Of a stretch of 64,000 nt of DNA, positions 1 through 10,474 are shown in pieces. The translations under genes were made by a program, and so were the position numbers. The stretch lies in the IMG/VR virus record IMGVR_UViG_3300037504_000149, one strand, 5' to 3'. This stretch comes from a virus (Duplodnaviria > Caudoviricetes). The stretch's first letter is position 1. Every line of letters starts with the position of its first letter. The notes below the pieces were generated by a model. The model ran no database searches, had not been told where the DNA came from, and worked only from the letters and a program-made list of their open reading frames with translations.

Positions 1-1
1 T

Positions 2-838
2 ATACTAGATAGTGCAGACTATTATCGATCTTCTAACGCTTTCAATTGTTACGCGATCGAGATAGATCCACGTAACCCAGACAGAGAATACAATGTTAGT
101 GAAGTTGTTATACTTCGACTACCTTATAGTCACTTTTCTGTTCTGCAAAACGGATTGATTAAGTCTCCTGAAGAGCTATTTAGTAGTACTATATTAAAAG
201 CTCTCGAAGCGGATGGTATTGCATTAGATGTACCTTTGGCGTTGTATTTAGATAATAATACACCAAAGGAAGATAGGAGATACTTCCTGTTTAAGTCTAA
301 CCGTCCTGAAAAGATGAAGTATGGTAACGGTGGATGGGATCCATCTTACGTTGAAGCCAAGTATATCCCTGAAGAGATTTTAGACTCTTTACGTCCTTTA
401 GCTGATTGGTACTTAAACTTCCATAAGTTGCCTGATTCGGATGACCCAAAAGATATCTTCGACGAGAAGTTAGTACAGAGATCGTTGTATGCTTATCAGT
501 TGGAGGAAGCAGGTGAAGGAAGTTGGGAAACTTGTTATGATCTAGCTCTAGAATTAGTTAATGATTCTAAAACTGCAAAGACGTTGAGTAGTGTTGTGTC
601 AAAGGCTGCGTCTGCGGTAGACACATCTGACAAGTCCGATTCTACAAGCTCTGCTACGGAATCTTCGGATACTGAAAGTGAAGATGTTACTGAAGTTGAT
701 GTGACAGATTCTGAAGATGAGGATACTGAGTCGAAGATTGTAAAACAAGTTAAGGAAGAAGACAGTAGTTCTAAGAAAGTTTCTACGTTATTGCAACGTT
801 TACACGAAAAGAACGAAGAAAAGAAAGCTAAGATATAG
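2..838 (+). CDS. 5'-truncated protein with acidic C-terminal tail, possibly gp32-like ssDNA-binding protein
   Basis: Frame is open from window start (track start at 155 is an internal TTG). S/D/E-rich tail. Sits directly upstream of Mre11-Rad50-RecA. SSB call is inferred from context. Confidence 0.4.
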   Translation: MLDSADYYRSSNAFNCYAIEIDPRNPDREYNVSEVVILRLPYSHFSVLQNGLIKSPEELFSSTILKALEADGIALDVPLALYLDNNTPKEDRRYFLFKSNRPEKMKYGNGGWDPSYVEAKYIPEEILDSLRPLADWYLNFHKLPDSDDPKDIFDEKLVQRSLYAYQLEEAGEGSWETCYDLALELVNDSKTAKTLSSVVSKAASAVDTSDKSDSTSSATESSDTESEDVTEVDVTDSEDEDTESKIVKQVKEEDSSSKKVSTLLQRLHEKNEEKKAKI

Positions 839-891
839 CTTTGATGGGTGGGGTAGATATCTACCTCACCCCAACCTTAAAGGAAAGAATA

Positions 892-1128
892 ATGGCTGAT
901 TACACGGAAGTTAAAATACGTCTTGGTGGACAATATATAGCTGATATGCCTTTCGGCAGTGAATTTGAAAAAATTAAACCAGAGGCACATGTAGAAGTTG
1001 TTTATGATGGTGAACCTTCTGAAGAAAATATACGTGACCTGAGAGAAAGATTATCTATACTACTAGAACAATCAACTTCAGCTCTATTAGAGAGTTATGC
1101 TGATTTCAAAGATTGCTTGGATGAGTAG
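892..1128 (+). CDS. hypothetical protein
   Basis: ATG at 892 follows AAGGA. Hairpin 846-871 lies upstream. Confidence 0.6.
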   Translation: MADYTEVKIRLGGQYIADMPFGSEFEKIKPEAHVEVVYDGEPSEENIRDLRERLSILLEQSTSALLESYADFKDCLDE

Positions 1129-1140
1129 GAAGTTTGTTGC

Positions 1141-2166
1141 ATGGATATATTGTTCTTTACAGATACGCACATAAAAAATTCTAGTGTTGGCGGTTACACT
1201 AACTTTAAGAAGATGTTTCTTCATTTACTTAAAGTTTGTGATGACCACAATGTAGAGTTTGTGGTGTTTGGTGGAGACTTGTTTGATGCACGAGGCAATA
1301 TACCTTATGAAGCTTTCAACTTGGCAATGTGGTTCATAAAAGAATTAGTTAATAGAAATATTAAAATCTTTGCTACGGTAGGGAATCATGATCGTTTAGG
1401 TAATTACAAAACGTATACTACACATGCAATGGAAGCATTCGAGTGTGCGTTTCCAGACAACTTTAAATGTTTTAAAGAACCAATCTATATATTTAATCGA
1501 GACACTTGTACTAATGTTATTGATGGTGAAACAGATATCTCTGTTATAGAAACTGATGATAGTGATGATTTATATTCTATAGCTATGTTGCATCATGATG
1601 TACAAGGATATGATTTTGGTGGATACATTTGTGAGGATGGACTGGACCTCGAACACTTCAAAGATATTTGTGATTTAGTTTGTGTAGGGCATTACCACAA
1701 TGCAAGCAGTAAAGGTAAAGTAAGATATTTAGGATCGTTACACCATATGACACGTAATGATGCTAATACTACAAAGTATTATTATATTTTCAACACACAA
1801 ACTAGAGAGTTTATAGCACATGAAATGCCTCAATTCCACCCAACATATATAACTGTGTCTATAGATAATATTGATAGTTTCGAACTTGATAACATAGGAA
1901 ATAGTATTGTTTGTTTTGAATCTAACGAAGAAGTTTCACAAGAGCATATTGTAGAGCTTATAGAAGCTGTTAAAGATTCTGGAGCCATTAGCGCTGAATT
2001 TAAATTATCTAGTGTTACACGCAGTGCTGTAGTAGAATTAAGTACAGGTGATGATATAGACACTGTAGATGAAGCTTTAGGTGTTTTAGAAGAGTGGTTG
2101 ACCAAAAAAGATTATGATACAGATAAAATATTACAAACTAAGAAATTGGTAAAGGAGATAGTATAA
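1141..2166 (+). CDS. Mre11/SbcD-like metallophosphoesterase nuclease (gp47-like)
   Basis: Motifs TDTH, GGDLFD, GNHD, HH, GHYH; one gene upstream of a Rad50-like gene. Confidence 0.92.
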   Translation: MDILFFTDTHIKNSSVGGYTNFKKMFLHLLKVCDDHNVEFVVFGGDLFDARGNIPYEAFNLAMWFIKELVNRNIKIFATVGNHDRLGNYKTYTTHAMEAFECAFPDNFKCFKEPIYIFNRDTCTNVIDGETDISVIETDDSDDLYSIAMLHHDVQGYDFGGYICEDGLDLEHFKDICDLVCVGHYHNASSKGKVRYLGSLHHMTRNDANTTKYYYIFNTQTREFIAHEMPQFHPTYITVSIDNIDSFELDNIGNSIVCFESNEEVSQEHIVELIEAVKDSGAISAEFKLSSVTRSAVVELSTGDDIDTVDEALGVLEEWLTKKDYDTDKILQTKKLVKEIV

Positions 2167-2775
2167 ATGCTAGCAGATACGGCAGCACACATATATTTTG
2201 TAGCTTCGGCTATGGATGAGTTGGTACATAATAATTATAGTATATATGCTGCTACAGATGTACTGTTTGGTCCAGGAATACCTAAAGTTGCTGAGGGTTC
2301 ATATGATGTATTATACACTGATCCTACAGCATTTTATGGTATTTATCCATCTGGAAGTTTAGATTTAGATGACTTTGTAGGACGTATAGATGCTGATATT
2401 GACGGCGATAAACTGGACTTTGTACCATTAAATTCTATTGCAGGTTACGAGAAGACATCTTTACCACTATTTAGAGTAGGAATACAAGAAGGTTTTAAAC
2501 GTATTGCAATGTATACTGTAACATATGACACAGACTTAGCCGATGTTGAATTACTGAGTGCTGGTGTTTGTGGAAAGTGGTTTTCAGGTACAGCTAATTT
2601 GCCAAATATATTACATTATACAACAGCACAGTTTAAATCATATCTGAAAGATAGCTTGAGCTATATGTATATAACTAAGGATAGTCTATTTTTACATATT
2701 ACTGATGGTAATATACATAGCTTTACTGAGTTACTTCCTACTAACTATATTTTTGAATACGATGATAAAGATTAA
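2167..2775 (+). CDS. hypothetical protein
   Basis: AAGGAG RBS; ORF lies between the Mre11 and Rad50 genes. Confidence 0.65.
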   Translation: MLADTAAHIYFVASAMDELVHNNYSIYAATDVLFGPGIPKVAEGSYDVLYTDPTAFYGIYPSGSLDLDDFVGRIDADIDGDKLDFVPLNSIAGYEKTSLPLFRVGIQEGFKRIAMYTVTYDTDLADVELLSAGVCGKWFSGTANLPNILHYTTAQFKSYLKDSLSYMYITKDSLFLHITDGNIHSFTELLPTNYIFEYDDKD

Positions 2776-4510
2776 GTATATAAAAGCTAAGAACTTTATG
2801 AGTTTTGGTAACTTGGATTTAAATATCGAAGAGTTGCCTAACGGGGTATGTGTAGTTACGGGAAGAAATGATGATACATCTGATTCTGATAGTAATGGAG
2901 CAGGTAAATCTACTCTCTTTGAAGTAATTAGTTGGACAATATATGGTAGAACACATAAAGGTGTAGGTAAGGATAGTATAATTAAAGATGGTACATCTGA
3001 GACATATGGTGAAGTTTGTTTAGAAGTAGGTTCTACTACTGTTAAGGTTATTCGTCATAAGAAATTTAATAAGGCAGAAAAATTAGAAGTGTTTATTGAT
3101 GATGAAGAAATATGTAATACTGAAAGATTACGTCAAACTCAGCATAGACTAGATGAGATACTTAATATATCGTATGAGAAATTTGTAAATATAGTATATT
3201 TATCTTCATCAACCTATGGTAGTTTTGGTAATTCAACTGATAAAGATAAGAAGGATATACTACAACAATTTGTACCTACTATCTTCAATACTATTTATAC
3301 TAAAACTAGTGCAGTTTACTCTGAAGTTTCTAATGAACTAAGAAGATTAGAGACTGGCAAAGATTATCTAGATAAATCTATCCGTGAAGCAAAGACTAAT
3401 TTAAATAATAAAAACGAGGAATTAGTTAAGGTTACTGATGGAATAGAGGAATTAAGTATTCCAAATGAGGTTAAAGTAGATAGTGATGATTTATTACAGA
3501 GAATAACACATTACACTTCTGTTATAGATAATGTCGAATCAGCTAAAAGAAGACTTAAGGTATTTACAACTGAACTTGATGAACTTGAAAAGAAAATATT
3601 AGAAATAAGTAATAGACCAGCAGATGTTTGTTATGTGTGTGGTCAAGAATGGAAAGATGCTGAGAAGCATAACTTTGCTGAATTAGAAAAACTTACTGTT
3701 AAATATACTGCATTAGAAGATAAGATAGATAAATTTAAAGATGATAATAATGATAATCTAGAAAAGAATATCGAAGATTTGAAGAGAAAAAGAAGAGATC
3801 TTCAAACAGAATTAAAGAAGTATAATGCAAGTAATAAGAAAAGAGAAGAAGCTTTAAAGACAAAACATAAACTTGAAGGTAATAGGGAAAGTTTAGCTAA
3901 AACTATTGAAGAGTTACAATCTAATATTGTAAAATATGAAGAAGAACTATCTACTATTACACAAGAGTTACAAGATACTGAAAGTAAATTAGAAGTATTA
4001 GACATAATCAAGGCTGCGTTTTCCAGGAATGGGATACCTGCCGCAGTATTAGATAGTATTCTAGAAGAAATTCAAAATAGAATAAATTATTATTTGGAAC
4101 AATTATATAACAATGCATTATCTGTTACTATAAATTCTACTAGAGAATTGAAGAGTGGCGATAGTAAAGAAGAAATAGAGTTTATAATAAGGTCACCTAA
4201 AGGTATACGTGATTATAAAACATTATCTGGCGGAGAAAAGCGTAGAATTGACGTAGCATTTATATTAGCCTTACGTGAAGCGTATTTGACTAAAAAAGAT
4301 TTAGCCTTTAACATATTAGTGTTAGATGAGATATTTGATGCGTTAGATGTTACGGGAGGAAAACGTATACTAGATGTATTAAGTAATGCCTTAAAAGTAG
4401 ATCATGTATTTGTTATAGCACCTACAGATGAATATAAGCTATTGATAGACAATAATATTTGCGTTACTAAATCAAATGGCAATTCAGTATTAGAAACAGG
4501 AGATATTTAA
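2762..4510 (+). CDS. Rad50/SbcC-like SMC ATPase (gp46-like)
   Basis: N-terminal KNFMSF, Walker A NGAGKST, coiled coil with CYVC zinc hook, signature LSGGE, Walker B/D-loop LVLDEIFDALD. Start moved to MIKIKY. Confidence 0.93.
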   Translation: MIKIKYIKAKNFMSFGNLDLNIEELPNGVCVVTGRNDDTSDSDSNGAGKSTLFEVISWTIYGRTHKGVGKDSIIKDGTSETYGEVCLEVGSTTVKVIRHKKFNKAEKLEVFIDDEEICNTERLRQTQHRLDEILNISYEKFVNIVYLSSSTYGSFGNSTDKDKKDILQQFVPTIFNTIYTKTSAVYSEVSNELRRLETGKDYLDKSIREAKTNLNNKNEELVKVTDGIEELSIPNEVKVDSDDLLQRITHYTSVIDNVESAKRRLKVFTTELDELEKKILEISNRPADVCYVCGQEWKDAEKHNFAELEKLTVKYTALEDKIDKFKDDNNDNLEKNIEDLKRKRRDLQTELKKYNASNKKREEALKTKHKLEGNRESLAKTIEELQSNIVKYEEELSTITQELQDTESKLEVLDIIKAAFSRNGIPAAVLDSILEEIQNRINYYLEQLYNNALSVTINSTRELKSGDSKEEIEFIIRSPKGIRDYKTLSGGEKRRIDVAFILALREAYLTKKDLAFNILVLDEIFDALDVTGGKRILDVLSNALKVDHVFVIAPTDEYKLLIDNNICVTKSNGNSVLETGDI

Positions 4511-5562
4511 TGCCTAGTGAAAAAGTAGAGAAACTGTTAAAGAAACTTAATAACGATAAAAATATATCTAATATATTAGACGGTAATAAATTAGGAACCG
4601 TTAAAGATTATGTACCTCCTCGTAAGAACGTTATCTCTACTGGGTCATTAGTGTTTGATTACAGCGTACTGAATATAGGCGGGATACCAAAAGGGTGTAT
4701 CACAGAGTTGTTCGGACCAGAAGGTGCAGGGAAAACAACTATGGCTATGTTGCTAGTAGCTGAGGCTCAACGTAATGGTATACCTTGTATGTATTTAGAT
4801 ACTGAATGTAGTGTTGACCTATCTTATTCTGAGAAACTAGGTGTAGATATTGATGACCTTATATACCGAAAGCCTGAGACTGCTGAACGAGCACTAGATC
4901 TTATTTATCACGCATCTAAACTAGGTGGTGTTGGACTTATAGTTCTCGATACAATAGCGTCTATGATACCTACAGCGTCTTTAGAAGCTAGTGCAGATGA
5001 TGTGCAGGTAGCACTTATTGCTCGTTTATTGAGCGCTAACTTACCTAAGATTAGAACAGCTTTAAATAAAAATGATGTAGCATTATTGTGTGTAAATCAG
5101 GTAAGAGAAAAAATTGGAGGGTATTCTTCCTATGCCGCTACAACAACACCTGGTGGACGGGCTATGCGGCATTATACAGATTTACGCGTGGAAATAAGTA
5201 GGTCTGATCTAGAAAAAGATGGAGGTAATATAATTGGACAGGTCATTAGAATGAGTTTAAAAAAGACTCGATTCGGATCTCCTTATAAGAAAGGCACTGC
5301 TAAGTTAATTTATGGGGAAGGGTTTTCAGTTGGTGATGAGATTATAGAAGTTGCAGAGATGTGTGGTATTATTGAACGGAAAGGCGCTCATTATTATTAT
5401 AATGGTCAGAGACTAGGTATGGGTAAGTTAAAATCTACTAAATATATGAAAGAACATGGTATATTTGAAGAGATAAAAGAGGCCGTAGAAACAACACTCT
5501 TACCTGATAACGATGAAACCGAAGAAGGTATCGTTATCAAAAACACTGAGGATGAAGAATGA
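4510..5562 (+). CDS. recA: RecA recombinase
   Basis: GGIPKGCITELFGPEGAGKTT, YLDTE, NQVREKIG, TTPGGRA; full RecA length. Confidence 0.96.
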   Translation: MPSEKVEKLLKKLNNDKNISNILDGNKLGTVKDYVPPRKNVISTGSLVFDYSVLNIGGIPKGCITELFGPEGAGKTTMAMLLVAEAQRNGIPCMYLDTECSVDLSYSEKLGVDIDDLIYRKPETAERALDLIYHASKLGGVGLIVLDTIASMIPTASLEASADDVQVALIARLLSANLPKIRTALNKNDVALLCVNQVREKIGGYSSYAATTTPGGRAMRHYTDLRVEISRSDLEKDGGNIIGQVIRMSLKKTRFGSPYKKGTAKLIYGEGFSVGDEIIEVAEMCGIIERKGAHYYYNGQRLGMGKLKSTKYMKEHGIFEEIKEAVETTLLPDNDETEEGIVIKNTEDEE

Positions 5563-6035
5563 CGTACAAGCCCCAGCAGATAGTCGAAGATCTGAAGTCT
5601 TTTGTAGCTCGTTACCTTTACAGTGGTGACTTGAAACTGCAAGCTATAGATTATGTAACTCCAAGTGCTTTTAAACAGAGATTTATATTTCACTGGGATG
5701 ATCCTAAAGGTACTATGACGTGCAGTGCATACTTACCTACACACATAAATATTACAAAGGATTCTAACCCATGTGATTTACTGGAGTTGTATAGCAGATC
5801 TGCATTATCGCTTGGGATATTGCCGAAGATGATAAGTATACACTCTTTAGGGGGCAAGTTCAAAGATAAGTTTAGGTATCGTGCTAAGATAAAAGTAGCT
5901 GTATGTAAAGAAGATGTTGAAGCTAAGTATACAGTACCTTATAATTCTATCTGTACACTAGACGCAATAGCACGTAAACCTTGGTACGAGCTTACTGATA
6001 TAGATTTAGTTAAATTATACAGAGGGAGTACGTAG
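5559..6035 (+). CDS. hypothetical protein
   Basis: ATGA overlap with the recA stop. Confidence 0.65.
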   Translation: MTYKPQQIVEDLKSFVARYLYSGDLKLQAIDYVTPSAFKQRFIFHWDDPKGTMTCSAYLPTHINITKDSNPCDLLELYSRSALSLGILPKMISIHSLGGKFKDKFRYRAKIKVAVCKEDVEAKYTVPYNSICTLDAIARKPWYELTDIDLVKLYRGST

Positions 6036-6036
6036 A

Positions 6037-7146
6037 ATGGAAACTGTACAAGATAGCCAGAAAAATTTACGATGGAACGAGATGAATGAACCTTATAACT
6101 TAATCAGTTATGAATACGAAAGGGTTAAGTTAAAGGATTTAGAACTAACACCAAGTCTATATAATGGTGTTAAACTAAACAAACTTACTATGACTGGAGG
6201 AGAGTACGTTCCTATAACTGCCTCTGCCTACAAAGACTTACTTAAATATATCGGAGTATCTAGTAGTACTGCGAAGAAGATGGAAGGCACAAAACTATTA
6301 GATACGTTAATCCATACTAGATTACAAGACATCATAGAAGAATCTCCAGATAGAGAATTAGTGTTTGCATTAGCTCCGTGGGATGATCCATCTGGATACT
6401 GTATACGTGGTGTATCTTTGAAGCAACCGCTAGCAGATCCTAAAACAGTATTAAACTTATGGAGTAAAAAGGTAGACTCTTTAGTAGATAGTAGGGTTTT
6501 ATATAGCGTACAAGATACTCGCAGTATATGGATGTACAAGTTGCGAGATAGTATGTGTGCTAAGTTTTTACCCGATAGGTTTAGTTTATTGCTTGTACTT
6601 GATTACGATGATATTAATTGTGTACTAAACGAACGTATAGCTTTACGTTATTTTGAAGAGAATTATACAGAGGCTGTAATAGAAGGCAGTACAGAGACAA
6701 TGGTAATCCCAGATCATAAAGAATACACAGGTTCATTTTGGAGAAAAGGTATTGTTCCTTGTGTGGAATACCGTAACTTAAATAAGATAGATGTAAATAC
6801 ACTCTCTGAAAAGATGGATGAAAACAAACTTCTAAAATATACAGATCTAGAATCCTGCTTTACACCAGTAATAGAAGCTATTACAACAACTAAGTTATTT
6901 GACTTTACTGATTATCCAGTATTAGATATGAAAGCTAAGAAAGCTATGGGTAAAAAGGCTTATGAGCAGTCTAACTTACGTAGTGAAGTTGGTGGAGATT
7001 ATGTTAGGAATAATTTACCTTTACATGAATGGTTGATTGAGGTAGGAGATTCTATGTTTGATATGGAAACATTGAAGAAGAGTGTTAAACTACGCCATTT
7101 TGTAGGTGACGTACTAACTTATGTTACGGAGGAGTACACATCATGA
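6037..7146 (+). CDS. hypothetical protein
   Basis: 369-aa ORF with GGAG RBS, coupled to its neighbours. Confidence 0.7.
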   Translation: METVQDSQKNLRWNEMNEPYNLISYEYERVKLKDLELTPSLYNGVKLNKLTMTGGEYVPITASAYKDLLKYIGVSSSTAKKMEGTKLLDTLIHTRLQDIIEESPDRELVFALAPWDDPSGYCIRGVSLKQPLADPKTVLNLWSKKVDSLVDSRVLYSVQDTRSIWMYKLRDSMCAKFLPDRFSLLLVLDYDDINCVLNERIALRYFEENYTEAVIEGSTETMVIPDHKEYTGSFWRKGIVPCVEYRNLNKIDVNTLSEKMDENKLLKYTDLESCFTPVIEAITTTKLFDFTDYPVLDMKAKKAMGKKAYEQSNLRSEVGGDYVRNNLPLHEWLIEVGDSMFDMETLKKSVKLRHFVGDVLTYVTEEYTS

Positions 7147-7865
7147 AAAGTAAAGCAACATTATCTGTTGTGTTAGCCTTTCTTATAGGGAGTGTAGGTA
7201 CATTAATTGGTGTTAAAATTTATGATTATTTCAATACTGTTAATGCTGTTCAAGTATCTAAAGACACAATGACTTATATTACAGATCAAATTGTGGCATT
7301 ACGCGCAGCTTATGCAAAACGTATAAGTTTACTGGTTATAGATAATGAAGACTTGCGAAAGGAGTTGAAGAATCGTCCTGTTGAGATAATTGAAACTATT
7401 GAAGTTGTAGAAAAAGAACACACTGTGGAAGTTCCTGTGTATGTTGAAGAGCTTCCAGACGATAACGGATATGTATTGTGGTTTACTACAACTGAATTAC
7501 CTGATGAAGACAACTTATATGTAGAGGGCAATATAACTCTAGACCATTTTGATGTAAGAGAGGTTACTGACCCGATAGCTAGTATAACACAACTAGAACA
7601 TAGTATACCTATACAAATTATCAAAACAGAAGATGGCCAGTGGTATGTTTCGACCACCAGTCCGCATATAACATTTACAGATGTTAGTGTAGTAGAAACA
7701 CCTGAAGAAGAAAGTGTTTTTGTAGGAGGACACATAGCAGGTTACACTACACCAGATGTGGGTATTGGTTTAGATGCTATGTATAATAACTGGTGTGGCA
7801 GTATAGAGTATTTATTTAAACATGAAGATCTTAGACTAGAAATTGGTTATATGTGGGAGTTTTAA
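7143..7865 (+). CDS. membrane-anchored protein with C-terminal beta-strand-like segment
   Basis: N-terminal hydrophobic helix, short coiled coil, C-terminus LRLEIGYMWEF. Confidence 0.6.
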   Translation: MKSKATLSVVLAFLIGSVGTLIGVKIYDYFNTVNAVQVSKDTMTYITDQIVALRAAYAKRISLLVIDNEDLRKELKNRPVEIIETIEVVEKEHTVEVPVYVEELPDDNGYVLWFTTTELPDEDNLYVEGNITLDHFDVREVTDPIASITQLEHSIPIQIIKTEDGQWYVSTTSPHITFTDVSVVETPEEESVFVGGHIAGYTTPDVGIGLDAMYNNWCGSIEYLFKHEDLRLEIGYMWEF

Positions 7866-7866
7866 A

Positions 7867-8892
7867 ATGAGTGATAATAAAGATTTGCAAAAGACATTAA
7901 ATAAAGTTGTAGATAGGTATTATTCTGATAAGTACAATCCTTATGTTGTTATAGATTTTGTAAAAGATAGGTATGTAGATCGAGTAGAAGATGGTATAAA
8001 AACTATAGCTTCTATGGAAGCCGTGAGGGATTTCTTTACTGTAGTGGGGAATGGTCTTCCAGGAAACTTTAAATCTTTTAATGATTTTAGAACTACACAT
8101 GTTGATAGTGAGCTACCATCTACAGACGATACCGATACTCTAAATGAGTTTATTTTGTATGAATTTACATCATATAATATTAATGGTGTACCATTTAACA
8201 GGACCGAGATAGAAGATGTAAATTTTGTATTAACTAATTTAGATAAACTTTCACTTAGTTTACCGTTATCTACCAATATGTTATTACTAGGTTTAGGTGG
8301 CGGAGTATGGGATCCTAATAGTGAAGATCACATATACATTGAATTACTAAATTACCGTAAAAAGTATATGGAGAAATATGGTAAGTATCTATCGAAGTAT
8401 GTACCTATAAATCATTTATATAGTACTGATGTAATGCTTGCTATGTTATACGGTATATACAAGTTGAAAAGGTTTGGTATAGCTAATTTTGTTTACAAAG
8501 AATTTAAAGATAATATAGATAGTGATAAGGACGTAGATAGAATAATTAACTTCTTCGATGAATTAAAAATTGGGTTAGGTGAACCTATAACAGAATTGTA
8601 TAACAATCCAGAAATGGATAAAACAGATTACTATAACTCGAAAGTTAGACCAGTTGTAGTAGAATTACTGAATACCTATCCTAATTATTTATTAGAGTTT
8701 ACTGATGCTTTTAAGGAGCATAAACTTTCTGGTAAGGCAGATGATGTTACCCCGTCGGAAGTGATTAAGGAAAGTATAGTTGACGTGTATCAATTTATTC
8801 TACCCGAAACTGTGAGTGTGGATTATGCCTACAAAGATGGAGAAGCAGAAAAGGATCCAGGAAAAGTTAAAGATCAAGAGGAAGACACTTAG
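7867..8892 (+). CDS. hypothetical protein
   Basis: Long ORF; start moved to MSDNKD after GGGAG. Confidence 0.65.
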   Translation: MSDNKDLQKTLNKVVDRYYSDKYNPYVVIDFVKDRYVDRVEDGIKTIASMEAVRDFFTVVGNGLPGNFKSFNDFRTTHVDSELPSTDDTDTLNEFILYEFTSYNINGVPFNRTEIEDVNFVLTNLDKLSLSLPLSTNMLLLGLGGGVWDPNSEDHIYIELLNYRKKYMEKYGKYLSKYVPINHLYSTDVMLAMLYGIYKLKRFGIANFVYKEFKDNIDSDKDVDRIINFFDELKIGLGEPITELYNNPEMDKTDYYNSKVRPVVVELLNTYPNYLLEFTDAFKEHKLSGKADDVTPSEVIKESIVDVYQFILPETVSVDYAYKDGEAEKDPGKVKDQEEDT

Positions 8893-9355
8893 AGATAGAA
8901 TATCTAAATCAACTAGTCATAATTCTGGTGGATTTTCTTGGGTATCTACAATTCTTATATTAGTTGTAGTGGGATTATGTTGGTGGAATATAAGTTTACA
9001 CCGTAGATTAGAAGTATGCAAAGATTATGATACATCTAATTATACTGAGATACAACATACGATTTTAAACGATGATGATGCTGGTTACGTAGCAGAGTTG
9101 AAAAATTTTTCCGTTATCAGCTACAACGAACATATGGGAAATTACACAACGGTATGGGGAACACCCCTTACACCTAACAAATCATGCGCAGTTGATCCAA
9201 GAGTTATTCCTTATGGTGCGTATGTTATAATAGACGGAGAGATGTATGTTGCTGAAGACACTGGAGAATTTGTAGAAGGTGAGCGTATCATAGGTATTTG
9301 TACTACAGAATTTCGTCCATCTAAAATTACTGATGTATTGGTTATTGTAGACTAA
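8816..9355 (+). CDS. 3D-domain (MltA-like) membrane-anchored protein
   Basis: TM helix, then CAVDPRVIPYG...YVAEDTG. Third Asp position reads RIIGI. Start codon uncertain. Confidence 0.8.
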   Translation: MWIMPTKMEKQKRIQEKLKIKRKTLRDRISKSTSHNSGGFSWVSTILILVVVGLCWWNISLHRRLEVCKDYDTSNYTEIQHTILNDDDAGYVAELKNFSVISYNEHMGNYTTVWGTPLTPNKSCAVDPRVIPYGAYVIIDGEMYVAEDTGEFVEGERIIGICTTEFRPSKITDVLVIVD

Positions 9356-9367
9356 GAAAGGTATTGT

Positions 9368-10474
9368 ATGAAGATATTAATCCAAAAGAGTAAAACAGGT
9401 AATGGTGAAGACGTAGTACAGGAAGTAGTTATACCGGAAAATCTAGTTCCACTATACTCAGAGTTTCCGCATGTAGAAATTGAGGATTTAGGAGATAGAG
9501 TAGAAGAGTATACTGGACAAGATTTAGATGATAAGTCTCTACTTATTTCAAGATTTGGTGGTGGAGGTGATTTACTAGTAATTACGTCTGTCGCTAAATA
9601 TCTAAGATATTTGTATCCTCAATCACGGATAGCTTTGACAGCCGATCCTACATGGTTACAATTATTTAATTCACAAGATAACGTATATGATAAATGGCAT
9701 AGATACCCTATACCTGCTAGTGTATTAGATGAGTATGATTACTTGTTAACGTTTGAGGGTGTAGTCGAAGGTTCTGGTAAGGAGGGTGTACCTGGACCAT
9801 CAGATAATATTTACGATTTATTTATGGAGAAAGCAGGACTTAATCCTCAACTTATAGATGATAAACATAAGATTCCTTACTTTAATTTAACTAAACGTAC
9901 TATTAAAAAGGCTAAGAAAGAATTAGGTAAGCGCCATATAAAGCTAGGAACAAAGAAGAACACTAAAAAAGATACTATTATAGCTGTGCAATGGATGGCT
10001 AGTTCACCTATACGAACTTATCCCCCTAATAAACTCCAAGATGTATGTATTGGTTTAGCGGATAAAGGATACCAGGTAGTTATACTAGGCCAAAGAAAGT
10101 ATGTTAGACCAGATATAGTGCATAAAAAAGTACATTATCTATTAGATCTTAATGGTGGTGTAACAGAAGCTATAAGTATACTTAAATATACTGACTTACT
10201 ATTAGCTCCTGATTCATTGTTTGTACACGCTGCGGCTGCTTGGAATGTACCTACTGTCGCTTTATATGGACCCTTCACTAGGCATAGTCGAACTGAATAT
10301 TATCCTAACTGTACTACGTTAGAAGCGGAAGCTGATTGTGCACCTTGCTTTTTACATGGGCATAAACCTTGTCCAAACGCACGAGGATTGTATGGTGAAT
10401 GCTGGGATAGCTTACCACCTGAAGTAATTATAGATGAGTGTGTAAAGGTCTTATCTAGTCAGGAGAAAAAATGA
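9368..10474 (+). CDS. glycosyltransferase family 9 (heptosyltransferase-like)
   Basis: RFGGGGDLL, DSLFVHAAAAWNVPTVALYGP, C-terminal CAPC...CP...C cluster. Confidence 0.88.
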   Translation: MKILIQKSKTGNGEDVVQEVVIPENLVPLYSEFPHVEIEDLGDRVEEYTGQDLDDKSLLISRFGGGGDLLVITSVAKYLRYLYPQSRIALTADPTWLQLFNSQDNVYDKWHRYPIPASVLDEYDYLLTFEGVVEGSGKEGVPGPSDNIYDLFMEKAGLNPQLIDDKHKIPYFNLTKRTIKKAKKELGKRHIKLGTKKNTKKDTIIAVQWMASSPIRTYPPNKLQDVCIGLADKGYQVVILGQRKYVRPDIVHKKVHYLLDLNGGVTEAISILKYTDLLLAPDSLFVHAAAAWNVPTVALYGPFTRHSRTEYYPNCTTLEAEADCAPCFLHGHKPCPNARGLYGECWDSLPPEVIIDECVKVLSSQEKK

